Shown in pieces: positions 26,968 to 36,561 of a DNA stretch of 57,598 bases. Each line of letters begins with the position of its first letter. Position 1 is the first letter of the stretch. This DNA is from a virus. Taxonomy: Duplodnaviria; Caudoviricetes. Both the position numbers and the translations under genes were made by a program. The DNA lies in IMG/VR virus record IMGVR_UViG_3300017649_000002, positions 1-57,598 of that record; one strand, 5' to 3'. Below the pieces are notes generated by a model. It was given only the letters and a program-made list of their open reading frames with translations. It was not told the origin of the DNA and searched no databases.

Positions 26968-28287
26968 TCAGGCCGCAGCCTTGCGGCCGGTGACGGCTTC
27001 CTGGGCGGCCAGAATGCGGCTCGCGACGGACTGGTTGCCGTCGCCCTGGCCGCCGTCGCCGCCAGCGCCGACTTCAGGCTGTTTGGTGGCATCCATGGCG
27101 GCGTTGAACGGGTTGTCGGCGGCCTTGGCGGCTTCCTGCTTCTGCTCGGGGGCAGCGGCGGCAAGCACAGCCTTGGCCTGTTCCACCGACATGTCGGTCT
27201 TCAGGGCCAGATGGTTCGCCAGCGTGGACTTACCCTTGGCTTCGTCGCAGGACATGATCGCGGACATGCGCTCGCGATCAGCCTTGACGGCGGCGGCAGC
27301 GGCAGCGGAAATCGCCTGCTGATCGACTTCGGGCTTGTCCTTGCTTTCCGCGCCCGGCTTGGTGCTTTGAGTGGTCATTTCGAACTCCTGGTTGTCAGTC
27401 GAGCCGGAAAGCTCGTCGAGGTACGCGGCAACCGCCTGGGAGGGCGTCTGCACGGCGTCGATGAGGCCAAGCGCCAGGGCGTCGTCCGCGTCGTAGGTGC
27501 GGGCTTCGGTGTCCTTGACGACTTGAGCCGAAAGGTTGCGATTGCGGGCCACGCTGTTGACGAACGTGGCGTAGTTCTTGTCGATGCTGGCCTGGATGTT
27601 CTTCTTCACGTCATCCGGCAGCGCCGCGTAGGGGTGGCCATCCACCTTGTGAGCGCCCGCGTGGATGAACGTGATCTCGATGCCCCACCTCTCAAGCATC
27701 GAGCTGATGTTCGTGTGCATCGCGACGACGCCGATGCTGCCGACGCCGGCCGAGGACACGGCGACCACGCGGCTCGCGGCGCTGGCGATGGCGTAGCAGG
27801 CCGAATAGGACGCGGCATCGACCACGGCCAGGCTGGGCTTCTCGGAACGGCCTTCGAAGATCGCGTCGGCGGTTTCGAAGCAGCCGGCCACCATCCCGCC
27901 GTAGCTGTTGCAGTCGTAGACGATCAGCTTCACGTCATCGTCGGCTTCAGCGGCGGCCCGCTGCGAGCGGATGAAATTATAGCCGGTGACGAAGCCCCAG
28001 CAGTACGAGAAGCGGTTCACGAGAATGCCGTGGACCGGGATGATGGCAACGCCGTTGGCGAAGGCGAACGGCTTGTCGGCGTTGGCCTGGCCGAAACCGT
28101 AGGCCGCCGTCAGGTCGTTCTTCCGCATTTCCCATGCGGCTTCTTCCAGGCTGAAATCGGCGTCGGCAAACTCTTGCAGCGCACCGACCAGGCCGGTGTA
28201 GTGCGGCGCGATCATCGCGGCCTGCAAGTTCATGCCGTCCAGGATGGCGCGGATGTTCGGCCGCGCTTTGCGGGTGGGCGTGTTCAT
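26968..28287 (-). CDS. S49 prohead protease with C-terminal scaffold (nested start likely at ATG 27378, Nu3-like)
   Basis: 'GVAIIPVHG.L', 'SYGG.V.G', 'SACYAIAS', 'GSIGV', 'ALGLID'; internal CAGGAG-ATG. The real start is ATG 28287, not the track's 29562. Confidence 0.92.
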   Translation of the reverse strand: MNTPTRKARPNIRAILDGMNLQAAMIAPHYTGLVGALQEFADADFSLEEAAWEMRKNDLTAAYGFGQANADKPFAFANGVAIIPVHGILVNRFSYCWGFVTGYNFIRSQRAAAEADDDVKLIVYDCNSYGGMVAGCFETADAIFEGRSEKPSLAVVDAASYSACYAIASAASRVVAVSSAGVGSIGVVAMHTNISSMLERWGIEITFIHAGAHKVDGHPYAALPDDVKKNIQASIDKNYATFVNSVARNRNLSAQVVKDTEARTYDADDALALGLIDAVQTPSQAVAAYLDELSGSTDNQEFEMTTQSTKPGAESKDKPEVDQQAISAAAAAAVKADRERMSAIMSCDEAKGKSTLANHLALKTDMSVEQAKAVLAAAAPEQKQEAAKAADNPFNAAMDATKQPEVGAGGDGGQGDGNQSVASRILAAQEAVTGRKAAA

Positions 28288-29942
28288 TCGTCGTCCTCGG
28301 AAGTAACTTTGTCGTTCTGCGCCCCGCTGTCGGGGTCGTCGGACAAGGTGTTCTGCGGGTCTTTCTTCCCTTCGCGCTGGGCATCCATGGAGAAGGCGAG
28401 GCCCTTGGCCTTGATGATCCCTTCCTCCCGAGCACGCTGTTCGAAGATTTCCCGCCAGTCGGAACCCAGCTTGGCGACTTCGATCTCGTAGGTGGACAGG
28501 CCCGACTTGATGCGCAGGATCGCGGCCTGGGTTTCCTTGAGTTCGTCGATCTGCCCACGGCTGGCGCCGATCCAGGAGCACGCCGTGTATGCTTCCTTCA
28601 TCAGCGGCTCGTAGAAGTGCGCGAAGGTCTTGCCGGGCGGCAGCGGCACATTGCCGGCGTTGATTTCTTCTTCCAGCACCAGGGCGTAGATCGCGCTCGC
28701 CATGCGGTCGGCCACGGCCTTCTTGCGCGACTGCATGAAGCGCCAGGTGTTGACCATGCTGGTGCGGGCCGACGAGTAGCTGGTCTTGGAATAGTCCCGG
28801 CTGAATTCCTCGTAGGACACGCCCAGGGCCGCAGCGATGTTGCGCAGCAGGGATTCTTCGAACGACGTGCCGACGCCGCCAGGCTGGCCCATCGGCATCA
28901 TGTTCAGCTTCGTGCCGGGGAACAGGTGTGGAATCTTCGCCCCGTCCAGCTTGATATTGTTGGCGGCGCCCAGGTAGGCGTTCAACGCCTCCATGTACTG
29001 CGCGACCGTGTTGATCCACGCGCCCGGCTCGGCGCCGCCGAGGTTCTGGTAGACGACATCGGGCGGCAGTTCGGACTCGATCGCCGCCGCGAACGACGCA
29101 TTGATGACCGCGTTCTGAAGGGTGACTTCCTGGAACGATTTGGTCATCCGCATCTGCTTCAGGACCGACACCATCTCGGCAATGCCGCGAGACTGGTCGG
29201 GCATAAGCTGTTCGATGATGTGGATGACCTGGCGGCGGCCCCACGGCTTGAACGCCGGCACGATCTTCCAGGTGTACGACTTGTCGTCGTAGTCCTCGGT
29301 CGGATAGGCGTTGCGGAAGGCGTAATCGACCGGCTTGCCGAACCTGTCCTTGCGCACGCCCCGGCGCCACTCGCGGGTGTCGGGCAGGCCGTCCGGGTTC
29401 GACAGGCGGTCGGGCGATACTAGCTGGATCGCGGTGCGCAACGGGCGGTTCGACGCACGCAGCCATTCCGCAGTCGCGAGGACTTCGCCCGTGAAGACGA
29501 AGCCGCCGACGCCGAGGCGGATCAGGCTGGTGAACGTGTTCATGCCCGAAGCGTCGAGCCAACAGTGCTCGGACTCGGCCAGCAGGTTGAAGCGGTTCTC
29601 GACGACCTTCTGGAATTCCTCGGCCCAGCCCTCATCGGCCCCGAGCACGCGCCAGTTCGGTTGCGCGTTCAGCCGGTAGGTGGCCCCGACGATGCTGTCC
29701 TTGTGGACGTTAACGGCGCCCATGGCGTAGCCGTCGTTCTGCACCATGTCCTTGCCACGGGCGTCGGCAAGCGGCTTCGCGTAGTTGATCACCTGGTCCG
29801 GCGAGCGCATCGTCGGGTTCCAGGCCAGCGTCTCGCGGGACGTGCGTTCGGCGCCTTGCAGGCCGCCACCCATCGCCATCGGCTCGACGGAGCCAACGGG
29901 AGCGATCTTCACTCGGCGGGTGGGGGTAGCAACGGCGTCCAT
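28284..29942 (-). CDS. Portal protein (lambda gpB family)
   Basis: 'NDGYA.GA', 'QSRG', 'GVSYEEFSRDYSKTSYSSAR', 'IDELKE'. Confidence 0.93.
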   Translation of the reverse strand: MDAVATPTRRVKIAPVGSVEPMAMGGGLQGAERTSRETLAWNPTMRSPDQVINYAKPLADARGKDMVQNDGYAMGAVNVHKDSIVGATYRLNAQPNWRVLGADEGWAEEFQKVVENRFNLLAESEHCWLDASGMNTFTSLIRLGVGGFVFTGEVLATAEWLRASNRPLRTAIQLVSPDRLSNPDGLPDTREWRRGVRKDRFGKPVDYAFRNAYPTEDYDDKSYTWKIVPAFKPWGRRQVIHIIEQLMPDQSRGIAEMVSVLKQMRMTKSFQEVTLQNAVINASFAAAIESELPPDVVYQNLGGAEPGAWINTVAQYMEALNAYLGAANNIKLDGAKIPHLFPGTKLNMMPMGQPGGVGTSFEESLLRNIAAALGVSYEEFSRDYSKTSYSSARTSMVNTWRFMQSRKKAVADRMASAIYALVLEEEINAGNVPLPPGKTFAHFYEPLMKEAYTACSWIGASRGQIDELKETQAAILRIKSGLSTYEIEVAKLGSDWREIFEQRAREEGIIKAKGLAFSMDAQREGKKDPQNTLSDDPDSGAQNDKVTSEDDE

Positions 29943-29945
29943 GCT

Positions 29946-30167
29946 TTAGAAAATGAAGCCGTAGGGGGATGCGGGACGCGGCCCGCGACTGCCAGCGGCG
30001 CACTCGGCTTCAAGCTGCTTGATGTAGGCGGCGAGGCGGTAGGCATTCGTAGCGACGAACTCGACACGCTCGCCGTTCTGATCGACGACGACGCGAGCCA
30101 TCTTGCCCGTCATCAGCTTGTCGTAGGCATCGCGTGCGGCATCAAGTTTCTGTTGTTGACACGCCAT
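29946..30167 (-). CDS. Head completion protein (gpW family)
   Basis: 'AYDKLMTG....V...GERVEF......L..YI..LE'; ATG 30167. Confidence 0.85.
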   Translation of the reverse strand: MACQQQKLDAARDAYDKLMTGKMARVVVDQNGERVEFVATNAYRLAAYIKQLEAECAAGSRGPRPASPYGFIF

Positions 30168-30189
30168 TTTGTTGTTTCCCGAGACGCAG

Positions 30190-32382
30190 TTAGGCCAGCG
30201 AAGCAGCCAATTGTGCGAAATCATAAACACCTTTTTGTTGTTGCGCAAACCGTTTGTTGTTGTTCGGCGCAGTCACAAGGGTGTTCTCGTCCCAATCGGC
30301 CGCCCATCCGGGGGCGTTGTCCCAATTAAGTTGCTCAATCCCCAGGAGGGCCGAGACGCACAGGCCGATGGCGTAGTAACTCAAGTCCCAGGCTTCGTTC
30401 CGGGAGTCATTAGGGTTTTCCCACCCCTTCGCCGTCCGCACTTCCACGCAGAGTTCGGTGTAGACGAAATCGGGGAGCCAGTTCGCGGTGCGGTACATGC
30501 CCTTGCCGGGCACGACGCATTCCAGGCGGTAGGCCAAGGTGTCCTTCATGGTGTTGGAGCCGATCATCAGCACCGGCACATCGCCTCGGGCGACGGCGAA
30601 CTTGTCGCGGCGGTTCGAATCCGGGTAGCTGATGCGCGTGCGCGGCGCGGCCGGCGTGGGATCGCCTTTGACCAAGTGGAAACGCCCACCCAGGCCCTCG
30701 TTGCGCAGCTTGCGGTAGTAGTTGTAGGCGTTCGTCGTCACGCCTTCTCGGCCACCACTGTCGCAGCCGGTCATCTTGATCATCATGCGCCGGCCCGACC
30801 CGTCCGCAAGCGGATAGGAGCGTTCCAGCACTTCCTCGGTGATCCGGTCCCAATCTTCCAGGTAGGCGCCGGGCTTCACCCAAAGGTGCTCGCCAGTGTG
30901 ATCGACGCGGCGGGATTTGACGATATGGAAGCGGTCGATGAGCACCGTGTCGAAAGGCTCGCCGGGCGTGATGCCGAAGACCTGCACGACGAACATGTTC
31001 TTCTGCACGTCCACCGTGGCGACCAGGAAGCGCACGCCGGCCGGCACCAACGGAATGAAGGCGTCGCGGTCGCCCTGGACGTGGCGCAGCACCATGTCGT
31101 CGGTGTCCGCACGATCCCCGAGCGGTTCGACCGGCAGCGGCTCGGCGCGGGCCTTCAGCACTTCCGGCAGGCGTTCGCTGTCCAGGGCCTTCGGCAGATA
31201 CGGCTCGCCCAGGTCGTTGTTGTAGAACTTCTTCAGTGATTCCTCGCTGCCGGTGCGTTGGTATTCTTCCTCGGCCGTGAGGTAGTTGATCACCAGCTTC
31301 TTCCACGAGATGAAGGCGGCGGCCACGCCGTTCAGCCAGAACGACGCGATCGACGAGCGCGGGTCAGGACCGCACACGCGGCCTCGGCTGTCGATCCACT
31401 GGCCGTCCTTGAGCCAGATACCCCACATGTCCATCTCGTTGCGCTGCACGGGCTTGATCTTGCCCGAGCAATGCGGGCACACCAGCCGCACCGTCTCGGC
31501 CGCATCGACCTTGTTGGGCGCGTCGTCCCATTCCAGCATTGTGAAGCGGGCTTCGAAGTATTCGCTGCAATGCGGGCACGGCCAGTAGCGGCGGCGCCGA
31601 TCACCCCGGTTGTAGAGGGCCAGGATGCCGGTCGCCGGGGGCGCCTCGTGCTTCGTTGCCGGGATATGCTTCGGGTCGGTGATCGGCTTCGACGGGGACG
31701 ACTCGGCCAGGGTCATCGCGAACGAACCGAAGGTCGTGGTCCGCTTGCTCGCTAGGTCGAACGCCGAGCCGTCGCCGCCGATGTCGTCGTCCATGCGGTC
31801 GTAGTCAGTCAGCGCCACACGCGGAATCGGGCGGCCGGCGAACTCGGTCACGGACGGGTGCGACAGCGTAAGCATGATGCCGCTGTCGTAGAGTTTGTCG
31901 AACTTGTTGTCGGCGTCGCGCTTCTTCAGCAGATGGGCGCCCACGTCCTTGCTGTCGCGGTGCAGGCGGTCGATACGGCGCATCGAAAAGTCGCGAGCCG
32001 CCCCCTTCGTCGGGGAGTAGATGATCATGTCCATCGGATCGACTTTCACCGTGTAGCCGACCCAATTCAAAATGAGGCTTTGCGTCTTGCCCGACTGCGC
32101 GGGGCCGACGAACACCACGGCATCCTTGTCGCGAGCCGCGAGCGCATCTGTCGGCTCGACCATGTACCAGGCCATGGAATTGAGGTAGGGGCCGATATAG
32201 GCTCCGGGGTTGTTCAGGCGGATGTATTTCTCGGCCGCTTCGGAAACCGTCATGCGCTCGGGCGGCCGGATGACTTCGGCCAGTGAGCATACGATCTGCC
32301 CGAGCGAACTAAAGCGGTTCGTCTTCGTCTTCCGCTTCGTCGGGGTCTGCCCATCGCTCGCTTTCAGGTCGTCGGTGATCAT
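30190..32382 (-). CDS. terL: Terminase large subunit (lambda gpA family)
   Basis: Walker A 'GPAQSGKT', 'LTDYDR', 'KRTTTF', 'SSP', CPHC zinc motifs, 'VDVQ', 'NEAWDL'. Confidence 0.95.
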   Translation of the reverse strand: MITDDLKASDGQTPTKRKTKTNRFSSLGQIVCSLAEVIRPPERMTVSEAAEKYIRLNNPGAYIGPYLNSMAWYMVEPTDALAARDKDAVVFVGPAQSGKTQSLILNWVGYTVKVDPMDMIIYSPTKGAARDFSMRRIDRLHRDSKDVGAHLLKKRDADNKFDKLYDSGIMLTLSHPSVTEFAGRPIPRVALTDYDRMDDDIGGDGSAFDLASKRTTTFGSFAMTLAESSPSKPITDPKHIPATKHEAPPATGILALYNRGDRRRRYWPCPHCSEYFEARFTMLEWDDAPNKVDAAETVRLVCPHCSGKIKPVQRNEMDMWGIWLKDGQWIDSRGRVCGPDPRSSIASFWLNGVAAAFISWKKLVINYLTAEEEYQRTGSEESLKKFYNNDLGEPYLPKALDSERLPEVLKARAEPLPVEPLGDRADTDDMVLRHVQGDRDAFIPLVPAGVRFLVATVDVQKNMFVVQVFGITPGEPFDTVLIDRFHIVKSRRVDHTGEHLWVKPGAYLEDWDRITEEVLERSYPLADGSGRRMMIKMTGCDSGGREGVTTNAYNYYRKLRNEGLGGRFHLVKGDPTPAAPRTRISYPDSNRRDKFAVARGDVPVLMIGSNTMKDTLAYRLECVVPGKGMYRTANWLPDFVYTELCVEVRTAKGWENPNDSRNEAWDLSYYAIGLCVSALLGIEQLNWDNAPGWAADWDENTLVTAPNNNKRFAQQQKGVYDFAQLAASLA

Positions 32383-32917
32383 GCTGGAATCGCTTCGTCA
32401 GTGAATCGGCAAGCTCGTTGAGCACGCCGTCGATCAGGGATTGGATGATGTCGCGCTGGCGATCGGTGAGTTCGTCCTGACGCTCGACCTGATCGCGCAT
32501 CAGCAGGATCGACATGCGCATGGTCTTGAAGACTTCGCTCAACGTCTCGATCACGTCGGCGGTGCGCCACAGGTCGCCCTGGTCTTCTTCGAACTTCAAG
32601 CGGGCGTGCTGCCCGGCCCAAAATTCCTTCGTCAGCGCCGGGGGCAAGTCCTTCGGACTCATCCGCTTGATGGCGTCCGCGATGTCGCGCTTATTGGGCG
32701 GCACCAGGTACGCGGCGGCCTCGGACAGCTTGTAGATGGGATACCCCATGCGCTCGCCGCAGGGGGCCAGGCCGTGGATTTTCCGGGCGATCTCGCGGTT
32801 GTCCAGATCAAATATGACGGCCAGTTGCGAAAGGCTGCATCCCTCGTACAAGATGGCGCGAGATTCGGCGTCATTCAGCTTTGCGCCCAGGCCGATCTCT
32901 TTAGGTTTTCGCATCAT
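32309..32917 (-). CDS. terS: Terminase small subunit (Nu1/DUF1441-like)
   Basis: N-terminal wHTH, 'LPPAL.KEFW', 'GDLW.T.DV'; overlaps the terL start. Confidence 0.8.
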   Translation of the reverse strand: MMRKPKEIGLGAKLNDAESRAILYEGCSLSQLAVIFDLDNREIARKIHGLAPCGERMGYPIYKLSEAAAYLVPPNKRDIADAIKRMSPKDLPPALTKEFWAGQHARLKFEEDQGDLWRTADVIETLSEVFKTMRMSILLMRDQVERQDELTDRQRDIIQSLIDGVLNELADSLTKRFQHDHRRPESERWADPDEAEDEDEPL

Positions 32918-33158
32918 CGCTCCCGGCTTGTTGTCCTGACACCATTGTGTTGTTTTTCAAGGCAGACAAACCCTGCTCCCTGTGTCGTTGGAAGAACGCC
33001 TCATGCACCGCCTTGTCGATCGCGATCATGCGATTGAGTTTGAACGTCGGCACGGGGAAGCGGGAGGCCGCAACTGCGTTGCGGGCCGCTTCCAGCGAGG
33101 TATAACCGTACTGCTTATGCACGTCCTTCAGAGCTACCCAAGTCACTTCGTCGCTCAT
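32901..33158 (-). CDS. Small putative DNA-binding protein
   Basis: 85 aa; xis-like 'FPVPTFKL' pattern; translationally coupled to the repressor gene. Confidence 0.6.
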   Translation of the reverse strand: MSDEVTWVALKDVHKQYGYTSLEAARNAVAASRFPVPTFKLNRMIAIDKAVHEAFFQRHREQGLSALKNNTMVSGQQAGSDDAKT

Positions 33159-33841
33159 GCCAGTTCCTCAAAATTCCTGATGCGGTTCCAGGTCGTTGCG
33201 CCGGTCACATACCGCCCATCTATCCTGTTCACACTGATGGTATACGCGCCGCCCTTGCGAGACTTGTGCTCATTCACGGCGTTCGCCACCATGTCGATAA
33301 ACTCAAACCGCCCCTTTCCGACCGGAATCACACCAACAATACTCACCCGGTCGAACTCACGGGGCACTTGAATTGCGTAATGTCCTTCCGACAGTCGCCG
33401 GGCCAGACTTACGTGCATGGCGAATTGGATGCCGTGCAGGATCGCATAGAAGTCCACAAAGTGGCGATTCGGGTCTTTCTCACCCGGCTGTGCACACTGA
33501 CCCCCTGCCAACATCATCAATCCCATGACCAGTAATACTGCACCTTCCACGTTTCTCGTATTGACCTTCTTCTCGGCCTCGGTGACTTCAGGAGTTATCC
33601 CCAGCGCCAACCAAGGTTCCTCAACTTCCAGCAATTGGGCTAAGCGCCGCATCGCGTCTCTGCGAGGCATCGCTTCACCAGCGAACCACTTGCGCACGCC
33701 CTCTTGGGACATGCCCATCTTCTTTGCGAGTTCGATCTGACGACCTTCGCCGTGCGCCGGGATGATGTGAGGAACGTCGTCGCAGGCTTGAATAAATCTC
33801 CTGACGAACCCCTCGGTCCCCGCAGCCTTCTTCCTGACCAT
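33155..33841 (-). CDS. CI-like HTH repressor
   Basis: XRE HTH 'QIELAKKMGMSQEGVRKWFAGEAMPR....LAQLLEV...WL..G'; C-terminal domain is not an obvious S24 peptidase; palindromes lie upstream. Confidence 0.8.
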   Translation of the reverse strand: MVRKKAAGTEGFVRRFIQACDDVPHIIPAHGEGRQIELAKKMGMSQEGVRKWFAGEAMPRRDAMRRLAQLLEVEEPWLALGITPEVTEAEKKVNTRNVEGAVLLVMGLMMLAGGQCAQPGEKDPNRHFVDFYAILHGIQFAMHVSLARRLSEGHYAIQVPREFDRVSIVGVIPVGKGRFEFIDMVANAVNEHKSRKGGAYTISVNRIDGRYVTGATTWNRIRNFEELA

Positions 33842-33939
33842 ATTGCGTACACCCTTCAAACAACAATTTGGAGGGCAAACAACACAATGTTGCCACGAAA
33901 AGCAAGATCGAATCGCATTAGACTCCATTTAGGCCCACT

Positions 33940-35562
33940 TCACAACATTTTGGTGTCACTCCTGGGCAGCTTTCCACGCAAGGCTTTCAGGTATCGAAAC
34001 AGCATCTCTTGGGCGTCCCGCTTCTCCCGCAGGCACTGGATGACCTGTTCCTCGATCGTTCCCTTCACGATTATGTGATGCAAGATGACCGCGTGCGATT
34101 GACCTTGGCGGTCGAGTCGGCCGATCGTCTGTAAGTACAGTTCCAGCGACCAGGGTATGTCAAAGAAAACAAGGTGATGGCCGCCATGCTGTAGGTTCAA
34201 CCCATGTCCCGCCCCCTGGGGGTGCACAAGCAGCATCGGGATTTTCCGCTTGTTCCAAGGCGCGATCGCGTTGCCCTTCGGGTCCATGACCACGGCCTTG
34301 GGGAACGCCTCTTTCAACCGCTTGAGCGAAGTCTGGAACCAGTAGGCCACCAGCAACGGCTCGCCACGCGATTCCTCGACGATCTGGTGAAGCTCGTCGA
34401 TCTTGTGGTTGTGAATGTGGTGAACCTGCTTCTTTTCGTCGTAGACCGCACCCGAAGTCAGTTGAAGCAGCTTGCTCGACAGCGCAGCGGCGCTTTCGGC
34501 CTCGATCTCGGTTCCGTCCGGCAACTCCATTAGGAAGTCGCGCTCAAGTGACTTGTAGAGCCGGGCTTCCTCGGTCGTCAGCGAGACGTATCGCGGGTTG
34601 AACACCGGCTCTTTCAGGTCTTTCAGGTAGTCCTCCTTCTTCAGCGTCAGGCAGATGTCGCTGATCTTGGCGGCGATTTCCTCGTCGGCGCCTGGGCGCA
34701 ATTTCCACGAGTAGCCGTCATAGCCCCGACTGAAATACCGCTCGCGGTAGGTCGTGATGTTCCTACCCAGGCGCTTACCCTCGTCCAATAGGTAAATCTG
34801 CGCGAACAGGCCCTCGTAGCCTTTGTCGCCCTCGGAAGCCGGCGTGGCGGTCAGTTCGTGAAGTCGCTTGATCATCGGCCGCACGCGGCGAAGCGCTTTG
34901 AAACGCGCCGTCCGGTAGTCCTTCAGCGAACTGGACTCGTCGATGATCACAACGTCATACGGCCAGGCTCGGCCCCAGGCATCGACCAGGAACTCGACCT
35001 GCTCGCGGTTGATCAGATGGATCGTTGCGGGGTTGCGCATCGTCGCCTTGCGAATCTCGACGCGAGCGGCCTTCCTGCGGGCGATCTCGATCTCATCGCG
35101 CCGCAGCTTGATGAACTCATTTACGACCTGGCGCGTGCTGACCGGATCGAGATCGGGGTCGAAGCCACGGCGCACCGCTTCCTCGCGGGCCTCAGCCACG
35201 ATGGGGGCGCGGGCGATGCGGCCGGCTTGGCGCACTACCTCCTGAAGTTCCTCGTCGCGGATCAGCGCCCAAGTCAGCGGCGCCGTGTGCTCCCATTTCG
35301 GGATTTCGTCAGGCCATGTCTGGTTCACCACCCGAAGCGGGCCGATCACCAAGGCACGTTCGAACGAGATCGAGTTCAGCAGATCGGCAATGGCCGTAAG
35401 GGTGATGACGCTCTTGCCCAGGCCCAGGTCCACGAACAGGGCGCTGAACGGGTTCGCGATCAGGAACGGAACCGCGATATTCGACTGGTAGTCGTGCAGA
35501 TCGGCGCGGGTGCGCTCGACCAGGGCGAACTTCTCGCGCAGGTAGTCATCTAAACAAAGCAT
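33940..35562 (-). CDS. SNF2-family helicase
   Basis: 'DLGLGKS', 'IIDESS', 'LTATP', 'GHGLNLQ', 'QTIGRLDRQGQ'. Confidence 0.93.
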   Translation of the reverse strand: MLCLDDYLREKFALVERTRADLHDYQSNIAVPFLIANPFSALFVDLGLGKSVITLTAIADLLNSISFERALVIGPLRVVNQTWPDEIPKWEHTAPLTWALIRDEELQEVVRQAGRIARAPIVAEAREEAVRRGFDPDLDPVSTRQVVNEFIKLRRDEIEIARRKAARVEIRKATMRNPATIHLINREQVEFLVDAWGRAWPYDVVIIDESSSLKDYRTARFKALRRVRPMIKRLHELTATPASEGDKGYEGLFAQIYLLDEGKRLGRNITTYRERYFSRGYDGYSWKLRPGADEEIAAKISDICLTLKKEDYLKDLKEPVFNPRYVSLTTEEARLYKSLERDFLMELPDGTEIEAESAAALSSKLLQLTSGAVYDEKKQVHHIHNHKIDELHQIVEESRGEPLLVAYWFQTSLKRLKEAFPKAVVMDPKGNAIAPWNKRKIPMLLVHPQGAGHGLNLQHGGHHLVFFDIPWSLELYLQTIGRLDRQGQSHAVILHHIIVKGTIEEQVIQCLREKRDAQEMLFRYLKALRGKLPRSDTKML

Positions 35563-35842
35563 AAGCGTCAGCGAGATTGTCGATTACATGGACTTCGGCA
35601 CCGTGCGCACGCATCTCGCGCACGCGCTTGGCCTGCTGCGGTCGCAGGTCTTTACCGGGCCGCTTGAACTCCACCCAAAGCACGCGACCGGCGCGAATGA
35701 ACACGTCGTCGGGGACGCCGCGCAGACCTGGTGAGACGAACTTGCAGCACCACCAACCCTGCTGCTCGGCAAATTGCTTCGCCGGCCTTTCGACTTCGCG
35801 TTCAAGGATCGGATCGGCTTTGAAGTCGTCGAAGTCGTTCAT
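35546..35842 (-). CDS. VRR-NUC domain nuclease
   Basis: 'KFVSPG.RGVPD', 'VEFKRPG...RPQQ'. Confidence 0.92.
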   Translation of the reverse strand: MNDFDDFKADPILEREVERPAKQFAEQQGWWCCKFVSPGLRGVPDDVFIRAGRVLWVEFKRPGKDLRPQQAKRVREMRAHGAEVHVIDNLADAYALFR

Positions 35843-36561
35843 AGTTCACCGTTCGCCTTGTAGACGGCGACCGCGAACCCACGCGGCGTAGCGCTGCGAA
35901 TGTTCTTCGTCTTCTCGGATTTACCGCCCAGCTTGTTATGAGCCTTCGACTGGCCCTGACCTTCAAGCTGGTCCTCGGCCAATGGGACAGGCTTCGGCTT
36001 TGGCATGCGGAACCCACCGCCAGTCCACAGGCAGGTCTTCTTGCCGTAGGCATCACGCGGCGGGAAATACTCGGGGTAGAACGGGTGGTTGTCGTTCGCC
36101 GGCAGGTAGCCACCATACTCGTAAGGATTGAACGTGTAGTCGGGCTTGCGATAGATGCTGCTGATCGCGCTCACCGGATTCTCAAACATCCACGGTGCAC
36201 CAGACAGTTCCCCGATGACGCGGCACTCGTGAACGAGTTGCATCGCCTTCGCTTGGAAATGCACGTCGCGTTGGCGCTTTTCCTCCCAGCGTGACGTTCC
36301 GCTCACAGCGAGATCGGTGCAGACCGGAAAGCCGGCCACGAACACGACTTCGCGTCCCTTGATGACTGCGCGAAGCAAGTTCCACGTCGCAACGTGGTCA
36401 ATGACGTGTCCGACCTTCGTGATCTGCCCCTCGGTGTGGATGCCTTCGGGATGCTGCGGATCGACCAAGATCACGTCGTAACCGCCCTCAACCCAAGGCC
36501 GAGCCATGATACCCGTCAGGTCGCACAGGAAGATTGCCACCTCTCTCTCTCTCTTGTTCAT
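35839..36561 (-). CDS. Phage C5-cytosine DNA methyltransferase (short type)
   Basis: 'FPVCTDLAVSG' (PC motif), 'ENPV', 'KKTCLW', 'RSATPRGF'; ATG 36561. Confidence 0.82.
   Translation of the reverse strand: MNKREREVAIFLCDLTGIMARPWVEGGYDVILVDPQHPEGIHTEGQITKVGHVIDHVATWNLLRAVIKGREVVFVAGFPVCTDLAVSGTSRWEEKRQRDVHFQAKAMQLVHECRVIGELSGAPWMFENPVSAISSIYRKPDYTFNPYEYGGYLPANDNHPFYPEYFPPRDAYGKKTCLWTGGGFRMPKPKPVPLAEDQLEGQGQSKAHNKLGGKSEKTKNIRSATPRGFAVAVYKANGEL

Noticed and set aside
28288-29562. 864-aa protease ORF starting inside the portal gene
   Set aside because: The N-terminal 424 aa are an off-frame read of portal. The real start is ATG 28287, coupled to the portal stop.
36539-36553. (CT)n microsatellite at the methylase start as a phase-variation tract
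   Set aside because: It is only about six units, encoding KRERE. That is short for efficient slippage, and nothing in a single sequence shows variation.
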